NCBI GenBank assembly: GCA_041665505.1
Contig: JBAYIR010000004.1
Location: forward strand, 6,797 to 70,796
DNA from: Patescibacteria group bacterium
GTDB taxonomy: Bacteria > Patescibacteriota > Patescibacteriia > UBA1558 > GWA2-36-10
Reading direction: 5' to 3'
DNA: 64,000 nt
The notes beneath the pieces are model-generated. The model was not told the DNA's origin and ran no database searches. It worked only from the letters and a program-made list of their open reading frames with translations. A program made the translations under genes and the position numbers. This document shows, in pieces, positions 51,707 to 59,723 of the stretch. The first letter of the stretch is position 1; every line of letters begins with the position of its first letter.

Positions 51707-52783
51707 ATGAATAACCAAAAAGGGTTTATTGGTATTTTATTAAGCATCATTATGACCGCCATACTTGTTGGCGGGGCTACTTATTTTTGGCAACAGCAAG
51801 TAGTTAGTAAATTAATAAGTGATAAAACTAGTCAATTAGAGCAACAATCTCAAGATCAGCTAAAAATTTTACAAGAAAAAATAAGTGATTTAGAAAAAGC
51901 TGCTTCTTTGGCTGAGAGTGAGAATACCAATAATTGGCAGACTTATAGTAATAGTGAATATGGCTATTCTATAAGTTATTTAGAAGGTTGGTTGGTGAAA
52001 GAAAATGAGTATCCGGGTTGTGAAATAACTGCTTGCGACAGAATAAAAGGTTCTGATATTACTATAACTATCAAAAGAAGTGAAAACGAGTTGGATTTAA
52101 AAACATATATTGATAATAAAAAAGTAGGCTGGCACGCTAATAATTATTATGATGTTAAAGTAGATAATTTAGAAGCCATAAAAGAAGTGTATGATTTTAA
52201 TCAATATTCACTTCCGGCAGATGATGTAACTTCTTACTGGTCACCAGTTAATTATTTTATAAAAAAAGATAATTATATTTATTCTATTGAGCTGGAGATA
52301 AAACAACAAGCTGATGAACAAAAGTATCGAGAGCTATTTGGTGAATTAGTAGGGACTTTTAAGTTTTTAGATTATATTACAGCCGATTGGCAGACTTATA
52401 CAAATGAAAAACAAAACTTTACTTTTAAGTATCCTGGAGAATGGCAGATTTTATCAGATAGTGAATTTGATATGTCAGTAGGAATTGTCGCAGGAAAGAA
52501 TCAGTTCATGAGGCTCATAGTAAATCCAGATGGTTTTGGTCCTCATTTTCCAGATAAAGTTTTTAAATTAGAAAAATCAAATGGCCATCTTATTGTAAGT
52601 GATGAGCAATTGGTTGATAATGGAGAGAATAATAATTTAGATACTTATCAAATAATTGCAAGTGAGGATAGTGGTTCTGGCTTACCGTATTTTTGGATGT
52701 CCTTCACAGACAATAGTGGTAATGAAGATGCTTGGGACGAAACAGTGAAGAAAATTATAACGTCTTTATATCTTTTAGACTAA
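51707..52783 (+). CDS. hypothetical N-terminally anchored secreted protein
   Basis: Signal-anchor KGFIGILLSIIMTAILVGGA (pilin-like but lacks Glu5), then a 330-aa soluble domain. Confidence 0.3.
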   Translation: MNNQKGFIGILLSIIMTAILVGGATYFWQQQVVSKLISDKTSQLEQQSQDQLKILQEKISDLEKAASLAESENTNNWQTYSNSEYGYSISYLEGWLVKENEYPGCEITACDRIKGSDITITIKRSENELDLKTYIDNKKVGWHANNYYDVKVDNLEAIKEVYDFNQYSLPADDVTSYWSPVNYFIKKDNYIYSIELEIKQQADEQKYRELFGELVGTFKFLDYITADWQTYTNEKQNFTFKYPGEWQILSDSEFDMSVGIVAGKNQFMRLIVNPDGFGPHFPDKVFKLEKSNGHLIVSDEQLVDNGENNNLDTYQIIASEDSGSGLPYFWMSFTDNSGNEDAWDETVKKIITSLYLLD

Positions 52784-52922
52784 AATTAGCTATTTTTATG
52801 CAAAAACCCTCAAATTTGAGGGTTTTTTAGTTTACCTCTTGCCAAAATATTTTTTTTGTGCTATAGTAGTTTCGTTATAAACAGCCGTAAGCGCTGTTTT
52901 AAAAAACTTTTATTTTGAGAAT

Positions 52923-53105
52923 ATGAACAAAATAGTAAATTATTTTAAAGGGGCCAAAGAAGAACTATCTAAAGTTATCTGGCCATCAAGACAAACCACT
53001 ATTAATCATTCTTTAATGGTGATTGGTGTTTCTGTAGCAGTAGCTATTTTTTTAGGGATAGTTGATTTGGGGCTTAGTAAAGTTGTAGAAAACTTGATTA
53101 AATAA
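52923..53105 (+). CDS. secE: preprotein translocase subunit SecE
   Basis: 60-aa protein KGAKEELSKVIWPSRQTTINHSLMVIGVSVAVAIFLG; upstream of nusG. Confidence 0.7.
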   Translation: MNKIVNYFKGAKEELSKVIWPSRQTTINHSLMVIGVSVAVAIFLGIVDLGLSKVVENLIK

Positions 53106-53122
53106 TTTTAAGATATAAGCAT

Positions 53123-53668
53123 ATGCCAAAACAAACCGCACAACAGGGTCGAAGGTGGTATGTATTACATACTTATTCTGGTTATGAAGAAAATGTTTCT
53201 CGTAATTTAAAGCAACGTATTGAATCCATGGATATGGAGGATAAAATTTTTGATGTCCTGATACCAACTGAAACCAAAATTAAGATAAAAAATGGCAAAA
53301 GAAAAACCGTCAAAGAAAAGATTTTTCCTGGCTATGTCTTGGTCTCTATGATAGTAACTGATGCTTCTTGGTATGTAGTGAGAAATACACCAAATGTCAC
53401 TGGCTTTGTGGGTAGTGGTACTACACCGACACCTGTTTCCGAATCAGAAATAAAAGCTCTGATGCAAAGAATGGGTGCTGAAGAACCAGAATTTAAAGTA
53501 GATATAGAAATTGGTGAAGTAGTCAAAATTACTGATGGACCATTTAAAGATTATGAAGGTAAGATTTCCGAAGTTGATGAAGCTCGTGGCAAAGCCAAAG
53601 TCTTGGTTTCTATGTTTGGTCGCGAAACCCCAATTGAGTTAGATTTTTTACAAATTAAAAAAGTATAA
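53123..53668 (+). CDS. nusG: transcription antitermination factor NusG
   Basis: RWYVLHTYSGYEENV...KIFPGYVLV (NGN) and KOW EVVKITDGPFKDYEGKI. Confidence 0.85.
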   Translation: MPKQTAQQGRRWYVLHTYSGYEENVSRNLKQRIESMDMEDKIFDVLIPTETKIKIKNGKRKTVKEKIFPGYVLVSMIVTDASWYVVRNTPNVTGFVGSGTTPTPVSESEIKALMQRMGAEEPEFKVDIEIGEVVKITDGPFKDYEGKISEVDEARGKAKVLVSMFGRETPIELDFLQIKKV

Positions 53669-53679
53669 ATAATTTTGTA

Positions 53680-53738
53680 GGGAGCTCTGGCTAGTCGGCC
53701 GAGCGTTTGAACCTCGTAATAATAAATAATATGGCAAA
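53680..53738 (+). promoter_or_regulatory. 59-bp leader element, copy 1 (identical copy before rplA), includes the rplK start codon
   Basis: gggagctctggctagtcggccgagcgtttgaacctcgtaataataaataatatggcaaa is repeated exactly at 54198..54256. Confidence 0.5.
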
Positions 53739-54156
53739 GAAAATCAAACAAATGGTTAAGTTGCAACTCCAAGCTGGTAAAGCTACTCCAGCTCCTCCAG
53801 TAGGAACTGCGCTTGGACCACATGGCTTAGACATTCAATCTTTTTGTGTACAATTTAATGAAGCCACCAAAGATCGTATGGGTGAAGTAGTACCTATAGA
53901 TTTGGCAATTTATGAAGACAGAACTTTTTCTTTTGTCTTAAAAACTGCCCCAGCTTCTGATATGATTAAGAAAAAACTTAATCTAAAAAAAGGTTCTGGT
54001 AGTCCACTGCAACAAAAAATTGCTACTCTAACTAAAGCACAATTGACTGAAATTGCTTTGGCTAAAATGCCGGATTTAAATACTAAGGATGTTGAAAAAG
54101 CCAAACTTATAATTGCTGGTACGGCTCGTCAAATGGGAGTAAAGATAGAAGAATAA
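53731..54156 (+). CDS. rplK: 50S ribosomal protein L11
   Basis: MAKKIKQMVKLQLQAGKATPAPPVGTALGPHGL. Confidence 0.85.
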   Translation: MAKKIKQMVKLQLQAGKATPAPPVGTALGPHGLDIQSFCVQFNEATKDRMGEVVPIDLAIYEDRTFSFVLKTAPASDMIKKKLNLKKGSGSPLQQKIATLTKAQLTEIALAKMPDLNTKDVEKAKLIIAGTARQMGVKIEE

Positions 54157-54197
54157 TAATTTTGTCCCTCCTTCGCCAAGGCTATGGAGGACAAGAG

Positions 54198-54256
54198 GGA
54201 GCTCTGGCTAGTCGGCCGAGCGTTTGAACCTCGTAATAATAAATAATATGGCAAAA
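54198..54256 (+). promoter_or_regulatory. 59-bp leader element, copy 2, includes the rplA start codon
   Basis: Exact repeat of 53680..53738. Confidence 0.5.
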
Positions 54257-54934
54257 ATAAGTAAGAGATTAAAAGAGGCTAAAGCCAAGATTGAAAGCAA
54301 AAAGGTTTATAGTATCGAAGAGGCTATCAAGTTGGTCAAGGAAACTAGCGCAGTAAAATTTGATGCTTCTGTAGAAGTGCACGCCAAATTGGGTATTGAT
54401 CCCAAAAAAGGTGAGCAAATTGTCAGAGCTTCTGTGGTCTTGCCAAATGGTACTGGTAAGACAGTCAGAGTAGCTGCTTTTGTACCAGAGAATCGGGTCA
54501 AAGAAGCTAAAGACGCTGGGGCTGATTTGGTAGGTGGCGAAGAATTGATTGCTGAAATCAAGAAAACATCTAAAACAGATTTTGATATTGCGGTTACTGT
54601 GCCAGAAATGATGCCTAAGTTAGCAGCTGTAGCCAAAGTATTAGGTCAAAAAGGTCTAATGCCTAACCCCAAGACTGGTACAATTAGTCCAGATTTAGCT
54701 AAAATGGTTGGTGAACTTAAAAAAGGTAAAGTATCTTATAAAAATGATATTACCGCTAATATTCATTTGAGTATTGGTAAAGTATCTTTTGATGATGCTA
54801 AATTGATTGAGAATTTTAAAACATTTTTAGACTCTCTAAAAAAATCTAAACCACCAACTGTCAAAGCCACTTATATTAGATCCTTATTTGTTTCTTCATC
54901 TATGGGGCCTAGTATCAAGGTAAGTATAAATTAA
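54248..54934 (+). CDS. rplA: 50S ribosomal protein L1
   Basis: MAKISKRLKEAKAKIESKKVYSIEEAIKLVKE... L1 family. Confidence 0.85.
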   Translation: MAKISKRLKEAKAKIESKKVYSIEEAIKLVKETSAVKFDASVEVHAKLGIDPKKGEQIVRASVVLPNGTGKTVRVAAFVPENRVKEAKDAGADLVGGEELIAEIKKTSKTDFDIAVTVPEMMPKLAAVAKVLGQKGLMPNPKTGTISPDLAKMVGELKKGKVSYKNDITANIHLSIGKVSFDDAKLIENFKTFLDSLKKSKPPTVKATYIRSLFVSSSMGPSIKVSIN

Positions 54935-55227
54935 TTACTACTAGTAAATAGAAAATCATCCGAGAGGGTGGTTTTTTGTTTAAATAAAAACCCTAGTCAC
55001 AAGAACTAGGGTGGTCTTACGACCTATCCCTTTTTATCTAGTAGCTAGATAAAAGAGGATTTTGAGGAGTTCCCACAGAGCTTTGATAAACAAAGCAGTA
55101 ATGATTTGTTTCAGTAGATCTTGCCGATTCATCACAAAACCTCCTTTGAAAGAGCAGGTCTTTAAAGGTAGACCTAAAACCCCTTCCCAAATGGGAAGGG
55201 GTTGGGCTTATATTTTTAAAACAAATA

Positions 55228-55548
55228 TCAACGCAAACCTTTCCCGCGGGAAGGTCTGTTATGATGATTTAGTTTATTTAGCATCAATTTATAGCCACTC
55301 ATACCATTATTAAGCCATTTAGAAATACGAGCCACAGTAGTAGAACTTAGGCCAGTTTTTTGGACTATTTGAGTATAGGGAATATTTTTATCTAGCATTT
55401 GAGCAGCTTGCCAACGATTAGAAAATTCTGTGATTTCTGACTCTGTCAAAAGGTCACGCAAAAATAGTTTGGCTTCTTTTTGATTGTCTAAAGCTAATAT
55501 AGCATCAAATAGCTTAATTATTTTTTTATCGTATTTCATATTAATCAC
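55228..55548 (-). CDS. TrpR-like (YerC/YecD family) DNA-binding protein
   Basis: LTESEITEFSNRWQAAQMLDKNIPYTQIVQKTGLSSTTVARISKWL helix-turn-helix of the Trp-repressor-like family. Confidence 0.55.
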   Translation of the reverse strand: MINMKYDKKIIKLFDAILALDNQKEAKLFLRDLLTESEITEFSNRWQAAQMLDKNIPYTQIVQKTGLSSTTVARISKWLNNGMSGYKLMLNKLNHHNRPSRGKGLR

Positions 55549-55608
55549 TTTAGTTAAGTAAAGTATAGCATATAAAAAAAATATGTCAATATTTTTAAAA
55601 AAAGGAAA

Positions 55609-55633
55609 CCCGCCGCGTCAGACGCGGCGGGTT
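55609..55633 (-). terminator. rho-independent terminator of the island D two-gene unit (minus strand)
   Basis: acccgccgcg tcaga cgcggcgggt 10-bp stem followed on the minus strand by ttcctttttttaaaaa. Confidence 0.6.
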
Positions 55634-55658
55634 CAAACAGCGTGTCGTGGTCGATAGT

Positions 55659-55883
55659 TTAGCGACCACGCAAGCCAAGACGAGCTCTCTGTCGGAGCAG
55701 CTGCAGGTGAGCAAGGCGGGGATTGTTGGGCCGACTGACTGGTGGGCAGTCGCGACAGCGGAAAGGGTGAAGTACTGAGACGCTTTTGGTCTTAGGCTCT
55801 CCTTTCAAGACTGTCAAGCGACCCAAGCTGTCTTGACGGAATGTCCGCCTACAGCCCCCGATACACAGGAGTAGTGTGGGCAT
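55659..55883 (-). CDS. small Cys-containing, Arg-rich hypothetical protein (island D, gene 2; AGGAGG SD overlaps the upstream stop)
   Basis: 74 aa with CIGGC...CRDC; AGGAGG 5 nt before the ATG; GC-rich. Confidence 0.3.
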   Translation of the reverse strand: MPTLLLCIGGCRRTFRQDSLGRLTVLKGEPKTKSVSVLHPFRCRDCPPVSRPNNPRLAHLQLLRQRARLGLRGR

Positions 55884-55892
55884 GAAGACCTC

Positions 55893-56099
55893 CTAGGAAG
55901 TGAATCGTTGACGAGCCGAGGGAACACCGGCTAGCGTTTTGAGTTGTCTCCTGATGTCACAGTCGTTCAGACAGCCACTGGTGCGGCCGATAACTGTGGC
56001 GATAGCACTTAGTGGTGTAGAGGGATTAGCAATAGCGCCGATACATTGTTGGCAGTTTACCCGGGGGATTTTGGTCTGGGCGACCTTTATAGACTTCAT
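55893..56099 (-). CDS. small Cys-containing hypothetical protein (island D, gene 1; start at the Met preceded by GAAAGG SD)
   Basis: 68 aa with CQQC...GCLNDC; the ORF track starts earlier at 56195, but a sigma70-like promoter falls inside that extension. Confidence 0.3.
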   Translation of the reverse strand: MKSIKVAQTKIPRVNCQQCIGAIANPSTPLSAIATVIGRTSGCLNDCDIRRQLKTLAGVPSARQRFTS

Positions 56100-56150
56100 A
56101 TTAAGCCTTTCGGTTTTGGGTATTTTGTCGTCTCTTAGGTGCTTGCTTAT

Positions 56151-56179
56151 ATGGTAAAATTTACTGATAATTTTGTCAA
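56151..56179 (-). promoter_or_regulatory. candidate sigma70-type promoter for the island D unit (TTGACA-17 nt-TACCAT on the minus strand)
   Basis: Minus-strand ttgacaaaattatcagtaaattttaccat about 50 nt upstream of the SD/ATG at 56099. Confidence 0.3.
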
Positions 56180-56257
56180 CATTTATATTTGCCATATTTT
56201 AAGGCTTATGTTAAATTAGCTGTATTAAATTAATTTATTATTTATGGAGTTAAATAT

Positions 56258-57748
56258 ATGGAATTAGTATTTAAAATAAAAGAAAATCAAGAAGCAGAGG
56301 CTTTATTTGTGCCCGCCTTTCAAGATGACAAAGCTATTATAGCTCTACTTAGGTCTTTCAATTTTCCAAATAGTCAAGATATTTTAATTCGTCTTAGTAA
56401 GGAAAATTTTAAAGGTCTTAAAGGTCAATTGTTTGCTGTCCATAGTGCTAAACAAATTGTAGTTTTTATTGGGGCTGGACCAAGTAAGAAATTATCAGCT
56501 GAAGATTTGAGGTTACTAGCTGGTTATATAGTGTCTCATTTGAAAAAATACAAGACCACTAACATTGGTCTAGTAGCTAAACATTGGCTCAGAGGAACTA
56601 GTGAGGTCAGTCTTTTGGCCCAATCATTGGCTGAGGGGCTATATTTGGCTAGTTATAATTTTGATAAATATAAAACACAGGATCAAGAAAATATAAAAGT
56701 AAATATTGAAAAATTATTTGTTGATATTGATAATAAATTTAAAAATAAATTTAAAGAGGCTTGGCAACTTGGTTTGTTGATGGCTCAAGGCACTATCAAA
56801 GCCAGAGATTTGGTCAACGAACCAGCTGGACACATGACCCCTAGTTTTTTAGCCGATGAAGCAATGGCTATTGCTAAGGTCAATAAAAATATAATAGTCA
56901 AAGTTTTTGATAAAGAAAAAATTGAAGCTATGGGTATGGGGGCTTTTTTGGGCATTGCCCAAGGCTCCAATCAAGCTCCCAAGTTTATACATTTAATCTA
57001 TAAACCAGCCGGCAAAATCAAAGACAAAATAGCTTTAGTTGGTAAAGGTATTACTTTTGATAGTGGTGGTTTAAATGTTAAACCTTGGGAGGGAATGTTG
57101 CAGATGAAGATAGATATGGGTGGAGCGGCTACAGTCTTTGGAGTTTTTTCAGTTATAGCTAAAATCCAGCCCAAAGTAGAAGTACATGGTATTATTGCGG
57201 CTTGTGAAAATATGTCTTCAGGTTCAGCTATTAAGCCAGGTGATATCTTGACTAATATGCAAGGTAAGACTATTGAGATTGCCAATACTGATGCTGAAGG
57301 CCGGGTTACTTTAGCAGATTCTTTGGCTTATGCTCAAAAGCAAGGCATTAAAAAAATGGTGGATATTGCTACACTAACAGGCTCTATTATGGTGGCTCTG
57401 GGTTCACAATATGCTGGATTATTTAGTCTAGACTCAAAAATGTCTCAAGGTATTCTCAAATCAGCTCAAAAAACAGGGGAGAATATGTGGCAAATGCCTA
57501 TGGCTTTGGAGTATAAAGAGGCCAATGAAAGTAAAATAGCAGATATTAAAAATATTGGTAGTTCTAGATTGGGTGGTTCTATTATGGCAGCTTGGTTTCT
57601 TCAGGATTTTATCAGTGACGGCGCATCTTTGGTCCATATTGATATTGCTGGCCCAGCTTACGCTGAAAAAGAGATGAATTCATATATTCCAGTTGGTGGA
57701 GTAGGTTTTGGAGTGCGCACTATGCTTGATTGGCTCAAAAGTATTTAG
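56258..57748 (+). CDS. pepA: leucyl aminopeptidase (M17)
   Basis: VGKGITFDSGGLNVKP and NTDAEGRVTLAD M17 signatures. Confidence 0.85.
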   Translation: MELVFKIKENQEAEALFVPAFQDDKAIIALLRSFNFPNSQDILIRLSKENFKGLKGQLFAVHSAKQIVVFIGAGPSKKLSAEDLRLLAGYIVSHLKKYKTTNIGLVAKHWLRGTSEVSLLAQSLAEGLYLASYNFDKYKTQDQENIKVNIEKLFVDIDNKFKNKFKEAWQLGLLMAQGTIKARDLVNEPAGHMTPSFLADEAMAIAKVNKNIIVKVFDKEKIEAMGMGAFLGIAQGSNQAPKFIHLIYKPAGKIKDKIALVGKGITFDSGGLNVKPWEGMLQMKIDMGGAATVFGVFSVIAKIQPKVEVHGIIAACENMSSGSAIKPGDILTNMQGKTIEIANTDAEGRVTLADSLAYAQKQGIKKMVDIATLTGSIMVALGSQYAGLFSLDSKMSQGILKSAQKTGENMWQMPMALEYKEANESKIADIKNIGSSRLGGSIMAAWFLQDFISDGASLVHIDIAGPAYAEKEMNSYIPVGGVGFGVRTMLDWLKSI

Positions 57749-57757
57749 TATAAAACA

Positions 57758-57785
57758 AAAAAACCGTTGCGTTTGACGCGGCGGT
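57758..57785. terminator. bidirectional rho-independent terminator between pepA (+) and pth (-)
   Basis: aaaaaaccgttgcgtttgacgcggcggtttttt; hairpin flanked by A-run and T-run. Confidence 0.6.
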
Positions 57786-57795
57786 TTTTTGATTT

Positions 57796-58350
57796 TTAAT
57801 TATATTTATTAGCGGCTTCATCAAAGCCTTTGTCCAACACTTCTTCTAATATTAGATGACTAGTGTCCAACACTTCATTTAGTTTTTTCTTTTCAGTCGG
57901 GGAGAATTTTTTAAGTACAAAATCTTCTGCTTTGCCATTTTGGGGACCAATACCCAAGCGTATTCTTTTAAAATCTTTTGAGGTTAGGTGTTTTATTATT
58001 GACTCTAGGCCTTTATGTCCACCTGCACCGCGATTTTTGGATATTCTTAGCTTGCCGTATGGTAAGTCTATATCATCATGCACTACTATTATTTTGTTAA
58101 CTGGAAGTTTATAAAATTGTTTTAAAGCTTCCACTGCTTGGCCAGAATTATTCATATAACTTAGAGCTTTAGCCAAAACAATTTTTTCTTTTTTCCCTTG
58201 CCAACTAGCTATTAAGCTGTTACTTGATTTATGTTTGGTCCAGCTGAGTTCTTTTTTACTAGCCAAAGAATCCAAAACTAAGTAGCCAAAATTGTGACGT
58301 GTAAATTCATATTCTTTATCTGGATTCCCAAGTCCAATTATAAGTTTCAT
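57796..58350 (-). CDS. pth: peptidyl-tRNA hydrolase
   Basis: MKLIIGLGNPDKEYEFTRHNFGY. Confidence 0.85.
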   Translation of the reverse strand: MKLIIGLGNPDKEYEFTRHNFGYLVLDSLASKKELSWTKHKSSNSLIASWQGKKEKIVLAKALSYMNNSGQAVEALKQFYKLPVNKIIVVHDDIDLPYGKLRISKNRGAGGHKGLESIIKHLTSKDFKRIRLGIGPQNGKAEDFVLKKFSPTEKKKLNEVLDTSHLILEEVLDKGFDEAANKYN

Positions 58351-58363
58351 AATTTTTGTTTTT

Positions 58364-59719
58364 TTATTTATCTTTAGCGTTTTGGCTTTTAATCACTCGA
58401 ATGTGAATAGGGGTGCCCTCAAAACCAAATTTGTAGCGTAGATTATTTTCTATAAATCTGAGATAAGAGTCATGCAGGGAAGATTTAAAATCAATTTTAA
58501 TGGCAAAAATTGGAGGATTGGTGCGAATTTGTTTTAGACTATAAATATAAGGATGCTTAATACCTTTACCTCGAGATGGTTTGTGTCTTTTGACTATACT
58601 TTTTAGTAATTTGTCTAAAGTATTTTCAGGCAATACCTTATTTTTTTCATTGTAGATAGAAATAATGCTGTCTAGTATTTTTTTAATGCGTATTTTTTTG
58701 GTAGCGGATGAAAATATAATTGGCGCCCATCTGATAAAAGGAAAAAATCTTTTGTAATACATTTCAAAATCATTGCTAGTGTCAGTAGTTTTTTCAGGAA
58801 TTAAATCCCATTTATTGGCCAAGATAATTAGACCAACACCAGCAGCGTTAGCTTCATCTATTAGGTGTTTGTCTTGCCAAGTTAGTTTTTCACTGACATC
58901 AGTTACTAGTATTGCTATGTCAGCTTTTTTGATAGTCTCAATACTTTGATCAACCGATTGTTTTTCAAAAGCATCAGCTGATTTTTTACTCTGACGTCTT
59001 ATACCAGCCGTGTCTACAAAAATAATTTTTTGTCCTTCAAAAATAAATTCTATATCTTGAGAGTCTCTAGTAGTATGAGCAATAGCTGAGACAATTACTC
59101 TTTGTTCTCCTAAAATAGCGTTGATAATAGATGATTTACCAACATTTGGCTTACCTACTACAGCTACTCTGATTGATTTTTCATCACTTGGTACTTCTTT
59201 ACTTCTTTTCTTATTTTTTATTTTCTTGAGTTGAATAACTACTTCGTCTAGTAAATCACCAGTCCCTACACCATTAATAGCTGAGACTGGCCATGGTTGT
59301 TCTAAATTTAATTTGTAGAAATCTGATAAATATTGACGGGATCTATTATTGTCTGTTTTATTGGCTACTAATATTATTGGTTTTTGAATTTTTTTGAATT
59401 TTTTGGCTAGCTCCAAATCAGCTGGCATAATACCTGTTTTGGTGTCTACTACAAAAAGTAAGAGGTCAGCCTCTTTAATAGCTGTTTGAGCTTGCTCGAT
59501 AATTTGTGCATCTATATCATCATCAGATTGTCTTTCTAGTCCGCCAGTGTCAATTAAAGAAAAATCCATATCTTTCCAAGAACATATGGCATAATTTCTA
59601 TCTCTAGTTGTACCTGCCACATGAGAAGTAATGGCTTTTTGATCTGATATTAGACGATTAAACAAGGTAGATTTACCTACATTTACTCTGCCAACTATTG
59701 CTATTTTGTATAAAGCCAT
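58364..59719 (-). CDS. der: ribosome-associated GTPase Der/EngA (tandem G domains + KH-like C-terminus)
   Basis: Two P-loops GRVNVGKSTLFN and GKPNVGKSSIIN. Confidence 0.85.
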   Translation of the reverse strand: MALYKIAIVGRVNVGKSTLFNRLISDQKAITSHVAGTTRDRNYAICSWKDMDFSLIDTGGLERQSDDDIDAQIIEQAQTAIKEADLLLFVVDTKTGIMPADLELAKKFKKIQKPIILVANKTDNNRSRQYLSDFYKLNLEQPWPVSAINGVGTGDLLDEVVIQLKKIKNKKRSKEVPSDEKSIRVAVVGKPNVGKSSIINAILGEQRVIVSAIAHTTRDSQDIEFIFEGQKIIFVDTAGIRRQSKKSADAFEKQSVDQSIETIKKADIAILVTDVSEKLTWQDKHLIDEANAAGVGLIILANKWDLIPEKTTDTSNDFEMYYKRFFPFIRWAPIIFSSATKKIRIKKILDSIISIYNEKNKVLPENTLDKLLKSIVKRHKPSRGKGIKHPYIYSLKQIRTNPPIFAIKIDFKSSLHDSYLRFIENNLRYKFGFEGTPIHIRVIKSQNAKDK

Positions 59720-59723
59720 ATGT

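Noticed and set aside
53707-54247. ORF-track starts for rplK (53707) and rplA (54224) giving an identical MNLVIINNMAK N-terminal extension
   Set aside because: The extension is translation of the duplicated leader element. Conserved L11/L1 N-termini begin at MAKKIKQ (53731) and MAKISKR (54248).
55600-56100. GC-rich island D considered as RNase P RNA, tmRNA or SRP RNA (structured-RNA genes are typical GC islands in AT-rich genomes)
   Set aside because: On both strands I could not find the P4/CR-I motif AGGAAAGUCCGGGC, CR-V ACAGAAnCCGGCUUA, a tmRNA T-loop GGUUCGAAUCC with CCA end, or the SRP domain-IV GGAA/AGCAG motifs. Two ORFs with proper SD sites and a promoter/terminator frame fit better. 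An Infernal scan would settle it.
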